Shown here in pieces: positions 45,797 through 54,942 of a stretch of DNA of 64,000 nt. Source of the DNA: Flectonema sp. DT1601 (lineage: Eukaryota); assembly GCA_964019425.1 (NCBI GenBank), contig OZ025790.1, positions 1,426,001 through 1,490,000 on the forward strand, written 5' to 3'. How positions within the stretch are numbered: the stretch's first letter is position 1; every line of letters begins with the position of its first letter. Both the position numbers and the translations under genes were made by a program. The notes below the pieces were generated by a model. It was not told the DNA's origin, did no database searches, and saw nothing but the letters and a program-made list of their open reading frames with translations.

Positions 45797-46341
45797 TCCT
45801 ACTCATCATCTCATCATAAGTAAATCCTGTTGCTGCCTGTTTTTTTATACCGCACATAGTCGGAGAAGAAACTATTCAGATTGTAGTCTCAGGTGATTTA
45901 TTTTCCCTTCAGTGCGACAGGATTCTGTCTGCGTTTAACGAAAAATATAAGGCTTCTTGTCTGAAAGGTGTTTTTTTTTATTATTTTTTTTTTTTAATGG
46001 AGTGGAGAGTTCCCTACTACATAACATAACTTCCCTTTTTTTTTTTTTTGGAGGGAATCAATTTGTGCCTTCCTTTTTCTTCTTTTATCTCTCAACGAGT
46101 ATCGTAAAGAAACAATTTGACCTCTCTGGTTACCACCAGATGGGGTTCTTGCTACACTTTATATTTATAGGGATTATTGCTGTACATTATTATTATTATT
46201 ATTTTTTTTTTGAAAAAAAAAACAAGTTTGCAAAACTAGGAAGGAAGGTACAAAAAAAAAACTTGACACAAATGGGGGGGGAGTATGATTTTACACAAAA
46301 AGGAAATAAAAAAAGGGAGAAAGTTTTTCAAAAAAAAAAAA

Positions 46342-46770
46342 ATGAATAAAATGATACTCGTACTTGTCATCGGAGTATTCGGTCTGACAGTCTTGTGGAT
46401 GAGAAGGAGTGGTCCTCCTCAACAACAACAGAGAAGCAGAACATTGAACATGTCAGATGTCAGTGAAGAAGGAGTTAGTCACAACCATTCAATAAAAAAG
46501 AGGATGATGATAAAACCCGAAACCGTACCCCACGTAGTATACATGAGCAGGTCTTTATTCCAACCTGGTGATTCTGCTCCAGGACACAGCCATGACGATA
46601 TGCATGAGGTGTTTTATATTGAGAGTGGTGTCGCAACTTTTACGATAAACGGTGTTCCTAACATCTTAAGGAAGGGAAACACTATTCATGTTGCTCCGTT
46701 AGAAGTTCATGAAATAACAAACACTGGTGACACGGAATTAGTTCTTGTCTACTATGGTATAAAGACGTGA
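46342..46770 (+). CDS. Cupin-domain protein with N-terminal membrane anchor
   Basis: HSHDDMHEVFYIESG and GNTIHVAPLEVHEITN cupin motifs. Confidence 0.85.
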   Translation: MNKMILVLVIGVFGLTVLWMRRSGPPQQQQRSRTLNMSDVSEEGVSHNHSIKKRMMIKPETVPHVVYMSRSLFQPGDSAPGHSHDDMHEVFYIESGVATFTINGVPNILRKGNTIHVAPLEVHEITNTGDTELVLVYYGIKT

Positions 46771-47022
46771 GGAAAGAAACCTCAGATTAGATAAAAGCTG
46801 TTTTTTTTTTTTTTTTTTTTTTTTTTTAGTATAATATTTTTTTTTACAGTGTGGTTAGTATTCAACAAAAAAATAATGAACGAATCGTTTCACTCTGTTG
46901 GGTGTTTTGAGGACGACAAGCAACACTCGGCTGATCAGCACTCTTAGTAGATTTAAAGTTTATCTACAGCTTTCTACGTTTTTTCAAACCATCACCTCTC
47001 CCCCAACAGTAACAATAAATCA

Positions 47023-48141
47023 ATGAGATGGTGGGTTCTCGCTGCTTCTATCCGACTCACAGTTGTCATCTCGATATTGTTATTCGACTTTGTGATTAGA
47101 GACTACGATGAGTCATCCAATAGTGTGTTTACTAAGTGGGACGCGGTCTACTTTATAGAAATTGTTGAGAGTGGATACCACTTTGACATGATGACAGTTT
47201 TTCAAAAGGGATTTCCTCAGCTAGTGAGAATCGTTTCAAACACAACTCGACTGCCAACTGAAGTGGTTGCCGTAGTTGGTAGTAACATTTCATTCTTGGC
47301 AGCTGTTTTTGTTTTCAAACTCCTCTCAGAAAGCCTCATTCCCGATTCAAAAATAACAAAATATTCTGTTGTCGCCCTGTGCCTCTCTCCAGCAGGTGTT
47401 TTCTTGTCTGTTCCTTATTCTGAATCTCTCTCTGTGTTGTTGTCGTTTCTGACGATGTTGTTTTGGGTACGAGAACAGTATTGGGGAAGTGTTGTTACTG
47501 CGGTGATCGCTTCTCTTGTCCGTCTAAATAGCATACTTTTGTTGGGATTTCCGCTTTGGTCTGCATTGGCAAAAAGAAACGTTTCTCTGTTGGTAGTTAC
47601 TGCTGCTGGAGTGTTGCCTGCCTTTGGGAATCAGTTTCTGTTGTGGAGAGAGTTTTGCCCATCGTGGGGAGGGTTGTCTGAGGAGTTTGTTGAAAATAAT
47701 AAGATTATTTGCAATCAAGATGTGACGTCTTTCTTTGAATTTTACGGAAGACTTCAAAGTGAGTACTGGAATATTGGATTATTTAGATATTACCAAGTCA
47801 AACAGATTCCCAATTTCCTTCTGGCATCTCCGTTCTTGTTCGTTTCATTCTTTGCCCTCAGTCAAAAAATCTCTGCCAAACAGCTCCGCAGTGCCATCCA
47901 GTTCGATTTCCGGACCCCTCCAATTTTTATTATTTACTGCTATCATGCAGTATTGGTGTTGCTTGCGGTGACTATGACACATATTCAAATATCTCCAAGG
48001 CTTCTTGCTGGGAGTCCTGCTGTGTACTGGTCGCTTGCGGAGCTACTTCAGACCCGAGGTAAGAGAGTTGTGTTGACTTATCTAATAGCGTGGCAGTTCG
48101 TGGGGGCGGTTATGTATTCTAACTTTTATCCTTGGACGTGA
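47023..48141 (+). CDS. PIGV: GPI mannosyltransferase 2 (PIG-V/Gpi18)
   Basis: KWDAVYF, PYSESL, YWNIGLFRYYQVKQIPNFLLASP and terminal NFYPWT; multiple TM segments. Confidence 0.9.
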   Translation: MRWWVLAASIRLTVVISILLFDFVIRDYDESSNSVFTKWDAVYFIEIVESGYHFDMMTVFQKGFPQLVRIVSNTTRLPTEVVAVVGSNISFLAAVFVFKLLSESLIPDSKITKYSVVALCLSPAGVFLSVPYSESLSVLLSFLTMLFWVREQYWGSVVTAVIASLVRLNSILLLGFPLWSALAKRNVSLLVVTAAGVLPAFGNQFLLWREFCPSWGGLSEEFVENNKIICNQDVTSFFEFYGRLQSEYWNIGLFRYYQVKQIPNFLLASPFLFVSFFALSQKISAKQLRSAIQFDFRTPPIFIIYCYHAVLVLLAVTMTHIQISPRLLAGSPAVYWSLAELLQTRGKRVVLTYLIAWQFVGAVMYSNFYPWT

Positions 48142-48230
48142 TCCACTATGGATTTCTTATGGTTCATTTTACATTTATAGAGCCCCATTTTTACTACAGT
48201 TAACTCCCTCGTTTCTCTTCTTCAAAAATT

Positions 48231-49099
48231 ATGAACGTTCGTTTTTTTAGACGACCTTCTTCTGCAATTTTCAATCAAGTCAGACTCAGGAGCACTCGAG
48301 GTGATGGAATAGAAACTCGCCACCAGTTGAGAGAACTGCTTGCAGTTTACCAAGTCCAGAAGGAACAGAAGGAAAGAAACGATTTGAAGAAACAACCAAA
48401 GGTGATTCAAAAGGGTACGAATGAAAAAGTCGACGCAGCCAGAGCAGCTGAAGATATACTGAGGAAGTGTAGAAAAGCAGAAAGGGAAGATAGCGCGAGA
48501 GTAAAAAAAGAACTTGAGCAAAAGACTAAAAAGGAAAAAGTTTATGAAAGGCAAAAGCAAAGGGTTTTACTCAAAGCTTGTGGACCCCACAAACCTTATG
48601 CCGTATTTGTCAGCAAGCATGCTAAAGGAGTTGGGGCCAGTATCACAAAAGCAAGTGTTTTGTGGAAGGTTTGTGCTTACTAAAAAAGACTCTTTACCGC
48701 AGTATTATATTTTCTCTTCTTAGTTTTTTTTGTTTTGTTTTCTTCTTTCTAAAAGAACCTTTGATTGAACATTTTTATTTGTGTCAAAACCCCTTTCGAC
48801 TGAAACAAATGGGTGCTCGTCTGCAATAAAAAAAAAAAAAACAGGCTTTATCAAAGGAGCAGCAGGAGAAGTACTTTGTGAGGGCTAAGATTAATAACGA
48901 AAAGAGGGAAGCGTTGATCAAAGGTTGGAAGAATAAAAAAAAAACCATCAGCGAATACCAGCTATTCAAGAGTAAATTCTTCCCAATTGCCTATGCTGAG
49001 GCGCTTGGTGCTGGTCATGAAAAGAAAATTGCTTTCAAGTTGGCACAAGAAACTGTTACTGAGAAGTACAGAGAATCGGAAAAAAAATTGAATTCTTGA
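48231..49099 (+). CDS. HMG-box-like basic protein with predicted mitochondrial presequence; exons 48231-48668, 48845-49099
   Basis: Removing GT-AG intron 48669-48844 gives PHKPYAVFVSKH...KASVLWKALSKEQQEKYFVRAK, an HMG-box pattern; N-terminus is Arg/Ser-rich and lacks acidic residues. Confidence 0.65.
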
Positions 49100-49707
49100 C
49101 CTTTATTTTTTGTAGAAAAAAAAACAAACACTTTTAGATTTCCCTTTTTTTTTTTTCTTTTTGTACTGATGTAGTCGGAGAATAAACTATTCAGATTGAA
49201 AAGCCCAGTTATTTCTTATGGTCTCGGTGATTTATTTTCCAGTTAGCTCCCCCCTGACTTTCTCTGGTAGTTTATTTGAGAAACCTATAGTTACTTTATT
49301 ATGCTAACCCGTTGCAGTCACTGTATCTAAAACTCATGTTAAATCATCTTTATGTTTTTATGAAACAACACAGTTGTAATACAAAATCGAACATACATCC
49401 CCTGGCGATTTTGTGACGGAATTCAGTTATGATTCAACCTTGAATTATTTATCGAAGTCCCCGACTTTCGTATCGTATTAAATCCCCCGGTCCTTGTTTG
49501 GGATTTTATCGATGCTAATTGTTAGTCTTTTTTTTTTTTAACGTGACAACAGTGTTTAGGTTGAACATTAGCTTTGGTTTTTTTAAACCAGTTTTCAAGT
49601 TCAAGTTGTCATTTGTGTTGTGAGTGTCAAATGTTTATTTGTGTATCTTCAAAGTGTTTTCCACAATTGCCAAGCAACATCACTTTACTTTACAGTCTCA
49701 CTTCTCT

Positions 49708-51061
49708 ATGAAAAGTGTTCGGGTAAGGACACCCGCAGCTGATATTCAAACAACAGTTGAGGCACCCAGCGACGGACATGTTTCAGACATAATCGAGAGC
49801 CTATCAAAGCAACAAGGTTATAATGAACAAACCACCAGATTAGTACTGAGAGGACAAGTTGTAAAGAAGGATTGCAACATTGCACAGTTAAATATTAAGG
49901 AAAATGATGTGTTGGTAGTCGTTGGTTCAAAAAATAACAACAACAACAACGAAGAACAAAAAGGTGAAATAACTAATCAAGATGGAGAAGACATGAGGGC
50001 AGAATCTGTTGAGAATTTCTTTCCGAGACTACTGAATTTAGGGTACTCCAAAGAGCAAATTAATGATGCGCTCGAGAAATTACCTCTTAATCCGTCACTT
50101 TCTCAACTTGTAAGCCAGTTGGATAAGTGTAAAATGGAGTCGTTATTGTCATTGTTGGTTCAGAGAGGTTATAATGAAAATCAAATAAAAACTGTTTTGG
50201 CATCACAACCGTCCGATGTGAAGCTTTCAACGGTAACGCAGATTCTGGATTCCATGCAAGCTACGAACCCTGCTGAGCAATCTGTGGAATGTAAAGTTGA
50301 TGAACTTTTAAAAAAAGGATTTAATTCAGACTTATTAAATGATGTTTTCATGTTACAACATTATCGGGATATGCCTCTCCCTGAACTAGAAGAGGACTTA
50401 AACATTATTGAGGGAATGCTTGAAGAAAATCATTCTCTACCAGAAATCTTAAAAACCCTTCAAGAGTGTCCTGTTCCTGAAGAGGGTTGTAAAGAAAATT
50501 TGATCCGTCTGCTGCTGTCTGAAACTCTGCCTGCTGAACCACCTCCACCTCCTTCTACTTCAAGAGAAGATGTATTGAATGAATTGATAGTGAATCAAGG
50601 TTTTGATAAACTGATCGTCACACAGATTGTCGACTCATCACCAGAGTCAACTCCAATGTCTTCTCTTGTTTCATTGATTGAGGAAGAAGTATCACGTCAA
50701 CAGTTACATCATAAACAACAACACTTAATAAATAATCTCGGGTTTGATGAGACTCTTGTAATGAACTTGACTGACGGAGCTCACGGAACTTCTGTTGATG
50801 ACCTGGTAGCGCTTCTAGAGATGGCGCTGTCTGCGCCCTCCAGGGGAGAACACTCTAATTCAACTCCTTTTCCACAGCAGTCGGATGATGCAGTTGAGGT
50901 CTGTTTTTGCATTGCTCTCACATGTGAGGGAGAAAAAAAAAAAAAAAAAACAGAATCTGTACTCAATGATGGGAGGGATGTTTAGCCGTGATGTAATCAC
51001 ACAGCGGTTGAATGAATGTGGAAGGGACATAAATGAAACAGCAAATCGTCTTATGTCGTAA
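49708..51061 (+). CDS. Ubiquitin-like + multiple UBA/CUE-like domain protein; exons 49708-50898, 50954-51061
   Basis: N-terminal Ubl (RLVLRGQVV...LNIKENDVLVVV); five LxxxG(F/Y) helical repeats; spliced last exon NLYSMMGGMFSRDVITQRLNECGRDINETANRLMS*. Confidence 0.75.
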
Positions 51062-51286
51062 AAGCTTTTTTTTGAAAACCTTTTGAAACCATCTTTCCAT
51101 CGGTGTAATTTATTCATTTTCTGCTTCACTTAAAAAAACAGTTCATACAACAGGAGAAACTTTATGTTAATTTTGGCGCGCACTCTTGCTTCTTGCTTCT
51201 TAAGCTGGCCTCCTCCTGGTCAACATGAAAGTGTCTGGTTCAACCTCAAGATATGCAGTTTCCGCTACAAGGCGTCAGAGGTGTCA

Positions 51287-51305
51287 AGTTCGAATCCCTG
51301 TGAAG
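51287..51305 (+). promoter_or_regulatory. B-box-like upstream element of U3 (-88)
   Basis: AGTTCGAATCCCTGTGAAG, 17/19 identical to the element at -87 of U2. Confidence 0.7.
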
Positions 51306-51374
51306 GCGAGAAGTGACTCTCTTTTGGTGGATAGGCAATCCCCTGAACGAAGCTGTGAGGGAGTTTTAGAGATT

Positions 51375-51555
51375 AAGACTGTACTCTACACAGGATCTGT
51401 TTTTGAGTACATTCGTGTTGGAGTTTACATAACCCAGCACAAGGCCAAAGCTGGATGATGACATAGACCAGCACTGTGCCGCATGAGCATTGCGATGATT
51501 GCATACGATGCGTCAAGTTTCACCTTGACAAGCACAGTCTGGTCACTTACAGCTT
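51375..51555 (+). ncRNA. U3: U3 snoRNA
   Basis: 5' AAGACTGTACTCT...GGATC...TGAGTACA resembles euglenozoan U3 boxes A'/A; box C' GATGATGA; stems AAGCTG/CAGCTT and GACCAG-C-ACTGTGC/GCACAGTCTGGTC; T-run at the 3' end. Confidence 0.8.
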
Positions 51556-51667
51556 TTTTAATAAAGATTGAATCTAAATTAATTCCATTTAGGTAATTTG
51601 CCTTGACTGAGAAATACCTTGTTTTGCTCGATCTCAATGTAATTAAAATAAAGTAAATTACTCGTCC

Positions 51668-51686
51668 AGTTCGATTCCCCGTGAAG
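51668..51686 (+). promoter_or_regulatory. B-box-like upstream element of U2 (-87)
   Basis: AGTTCGATTCCCCGTGAAG with a GTTCGANTCC core. Confidence 0.7.
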
Positions 51687-51754
51687 TATAGTTTTCTTCC
51701 TAGAATAAAGGATCCGACGTCTGCGGGGTAAGTGAAGTTGTCCTTTTCAAGTTC

Positions 51755-51944
51755 ATACCTTCTCGGCCTTTTGGCTAAGATCAAGTGTAGTATCTGTTCT
51801 TATCAGCTTAATATCTGATATGACACCTTGTGTGTCAACGATATTATAGTAATTTCTTGTTGGGGTGTCGGGTAGCTTGGGGCAACTCAGGTCCGGCACA
51901 AGTGTTGCCCTGGAGCTGCACCACATCCAGGAGTGGCACACCCA
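51755..51944 (+). ncRNA. U2: U2 snRNA
   Basis: ATACCTTCTCGGCCTTTTGGCTAAGATCAAGTGTAGTATCTGTTCTTATCAG with canonical GTAGTA branch-pairing sequence; Sm-like AATTTCTTG; 3' hairpins; T-run. Confidence 0.95.
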
Positions 51945-52279
51945 TTTTTAATTAAAGTAGAAGACAAAGTCTCTTTTGAAACAAACCATAAAAAGTAGAG
52001 GAAATATTTTTATCTTGGGAAACGAAACCCGAGTTTAAAAAAGAATTGTCTTTAACTTCAACTATACAGAAATAATGATATAACACTGTGATTTTTTGTT
52101 TGTGCACGAAACCGTGAACCGACTTAAACTGATAAAGCTAAAGAAGTGCTGCCAACATTCTTTTTCGTTCTTACAATCTTGTTAAGCAAAAAAAAATCCC
52201 CAAATCCACGAAAGTATTTCCCTTCACTTGAAAATTATTCTTTAGCCCAAAAAATGAATTGGGTGAACTGGGAGAAAAC

Positions 52280-52353
52280 TACCCCATGTGAGACTCGAAC
52301 TCACAACCTTTGGATTAGAAGTCCAACGCGCTATCCAATTGCGCCAATGGGGC
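52280..52353 (-). tRNA. tRNA-Arg(TCT)
   Basis: Reverse complement GCCCCATTGGCGCAATTGGATAGCGCGTTGGACTTCTAATCCAAAGGTTGTGAGTTCGAGTCTCACATGGGGTA folds as a cloverleaf with anticodon arm TTGGA-CTTCTAA-TCCAA. Confidence 0.95.
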
Positions 52354-52369
52354 TCTGTTTACCAACGAT

Positions 52370-52372
<3 letters not shown>

Positions 52373-52403
<31 letters not shown>

Positions 52404-53503
52404 GTTACACTCGTCTGTGCTACCAAACTCTTTGTTTATGTTCTTTTCACTTCTATGTTTTGTCTTTCTTTTATACTTTCTTTTTGACTTAAGTCTGACA
52501 AATTGGAAAACACGGGAAACATAGGTAGGCTCCGCCTGAGGACGTAAGAAGAGCGGCAACGGAAAAAATAAATGGTCACGCGTCCTTGAGATTGGACACA
52601 CGAAGCTAATTCGGTTACCATTCCTACCATCGATAAGGAAAACAAAGAATCGAGCATATAACTAGAGCGGTGGTCAAAGACCACTTGAACAGCCCGAAGG
52701 CCTGCCCTCAAGAGAAATTAATAAGGAGAATAGGAGAAGAAGGAGAAAGGAGTATTGGAAGGGACACTGAGACAACACCGAAGGTGATGTGCAGTTACCC
52801 AACCAGGAGATGATTGATAATGATGAACATACTAAAAATAATAACAAATTGATATTGGCGACTGCATGTCACCTACTTTACTTCCAAAGTCTAAGGTTAG
52901 ATGTTTGTTCCATCCACCTTATGATCAACGCGAGTGATGGAAGCCACGCCAAAGTGAAGAGAGCTTCAAGGTTAGGAATTTCGTTGGCAATAATAAGTTC
53001 TCGATCGCGATCCCACTTGCCGGTCAGTGTTGAGAAGCCCAGGATTTTGAACCTGGCAGAGTCGAGTTTGGGAGATTGACATCCCTGCAGCAGGTGAACC
53101 TGTGAGGACGGTTCGCCACAAAATGGGCAGTCGATTTTCTTGCGCCAGTTCTGAATTAGCGGGTGACATCCTGTCCGGAAGTTCGCTATCCGTATCTCGT
53201 CGGCTCTTTCCATCCCAGGAGGGTATTTAACGGAACGGCCTCCGATGAGGTGTTTGTAGCAGGTGTAACCACTCACGTTAAGCAGATCCTTTTTGATGCA
53301 GCGCTTAACATGTGATGATCGCGAGAAGTAAGTGCCTTTGACTAGCACAGGTCGGATGTTCTTGTTGTGCGCTGCTTCCTTTGCAAGCGCGTCAACTTCA
53401 TCGTGAAACTCGATTCCAATGTGCGAGGGGATGAATTGCAAATGCACTTTCATTTCACACATGCGCAGGTATTCTAGTATCTTGAGGGACTCAGTATTCC
53501 TCT
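52373..53503 (-). mobile_element. 5'-truncated LINE copy (element B1): end of RNase H, CCHC, 3' UTR, poly(A)
   Basis: Near-identical to 59612-60714; T-run at ~52372-52402; flanked by 9-bp duplication AACGATTCT at 52364-52372 and 53504-53512. Confidence 0.9.
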
Positions 53504-53554
53504 AACGATTCTAAAGCTACAGTTTCTGTACTTTATTGTTTCTGTACTTTATTG
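53504..53554 (+). other. Retroposed spliced-leader exon followed by a second partial SL relic
   Basis: AACGATTCTAAAGCTACAGTTTCTGTACTTTATTG then TTTCTGTACTTTATTG; the 3' half matches the conserved kinetoplastid/diplonemid SL exon; no GT donor follows. Confidence 0.9.
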
Positions 53555-53577
53555 ATTTACAAAAAAAAAAATAAAAA

Positions 53578-54942
53578 ATGTCCGGAACACAAGAATCGAT
53601 GGTCGTGCAGCAACAAGAGCAAGCACAGCAATCAATGATGCAACAGCAGCAAGCACAGCAATTAATGGCACAGCAACAGCAGGCACAACACTTAATGATG
53701 CAACAACAGCAGCCGCAACAGCCAACACAAAGCCAGCCGGTACAACAACAAGCGCAGAACAATTCCAACAATTGCTTTTTACATGGCAACTGGACGCTTG
53801 AGACTTTAAGTCAGTCGCAAACTCACCTTCCCAACAATGTCCCACCAATCTCCCCCTTTTCGTTTATGAGCTCACCAATGATAGCGTTTAAACAGTATCT
53901 CAGAATAACAAATCTGTATTTTAAAACAATAAACATTTTAAGTTTAAAAGAAATGCACTTCACAGTTTCAAAAGACAATGTTGTAAACGTTTTTTCTTGT
54001 TTATTGGAAATCAAAAAAGAATGTGCAGCTGATTTCTTAGAAATATCCGGCCAACACGGCATTTTCTTTTCCGAACACAAAAGCACTCAACACCTCTCCT
54101 CCTACTACACAATTGTGTGGACCCCTGACACACCTTACACCCAGCTTAAAAAGATAGCAATCGATCTCAATAAAGACCCAAAAAACAAAGGAGCCCTCGG
54201 GCTCACAATGTACCAAGGAAGAAGCCTTGGGATACGAATTAAAAAAGAATCAGAAACAAACTTTCGTTCAAATTTTGGAGTAAAATGTCCGACTTATTTC
54301 GAGATAAGCGGCATAAGCAAAGAGAACGCAACGTCATTTGACGTTGAATTTTTTTTTGATTTAATGAAAAAAAAAATTAAGTACTGTTATAAAAAAAAAA
54401 GGGAAGAGTCACATGTTGTGAGCTCGTACGAGAATCTGCAGTCTTGCGGATCAGTAATCGTTAAAAAAATAACTCAACCCTCAAAAGATGAAAGAAGAAT
54501 TGAAAAGAACTCAATAGAAACGAAAACAGACCAAACTGAAAAAAAAGATATTAACGAAAAAGGAAAAGGAAAAGGAAAAGGGAAAGGGAAAAAAGGAAAG
54601 AAAGGAACTAAGGGAGAGAGCGGTAAAGGAAAAAAAACTGTTTTGTCATCACCGTCAACCTCAGTAACCCCGTCAATAGAACAAACGGACATTTTAAACC
54701 AGCTAAAATTATTGTTAGATGCACAAACAAAGCATCTAACAACAAAGATCATTGGCACTTTTCTAGCCGATGATCCGAAAAAGCAAGCAGAAGCTTGGGA
54801 TGCGGAAATAAACCCGCAAGAAAAAGAAGGTTTTCTACAAGGATCGATGGACGATGACATCGATCTTGTGAAACAGAAGCTGGACAAAGAAAACGATGGT
54901 GATGACAACACAAAAAGAAAAAAAGAAGAACCTCCGAATTGA
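53578..54942 (+). CDS. Retrotransposon A2 ORF1 (poly-Q N-terminus, conserved central domain, KG repeats)
   Basis: 454-aa ORF starting 24 nt after the SL relics; motif-level similarity to A1 ORF1; ends AAT-TGA. Confidence 0.85.
   Translation: MSGTQESMVVQQQEQAQQSMMQQQQAQQLMAQQQQAQHLMMQQQQPQQPTQSQPVQQQAQNNSNNCFLHGNWTLETLSQSQTHLPNNVPPISPFSFMSSPMIAFKQYLRITNLYFKTINILSLKEMHFTVSKDNVVNVFSCLLEIKKECAADFLEISGQHGIFFSEHKSTQHLSSYYTIVWTPDTPYTQLKKIAIDLNKDPKNKGALGLTMYQGRSLGIRIKKESETNFRSNFGVKCPTYFEISGISKENATSFDVEFFFDLMKKKIKYCYKKKREESHVVSSYENLQSCGSVIVKKITQPSKDERRIEKNSIETKTDQTEKKDINEKGKGKGKGKGKKGKKGTKGESGKGKKTVLSSPSTSVTPSIEQTDILNQLKLLLDAQTKHLTTKIIGTFLADDPKKQAEAWDAEINPQEKEGFLQGSMDDDIDLVKQKLDKENDGDDNTKRKKEEPPN

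Noticed and set aside
51140..51220. Possible U4 or U5 snRNA (TAATTTTGG Sm-like site)
   Set aside because: No U5 loop GCCTTTTAC or U6-pairing region recognised.
51225..51310. tRNA gene upstream of U3
   Set aside because: Only the B-box core is present; no acceptor stem or anticodon arm could be drawn.
53504..53554. Functional SL RNA gene
   Set aside because: Neither SL copy is followed by a GT donor or SL intron; both lead into a retroelement UTR.
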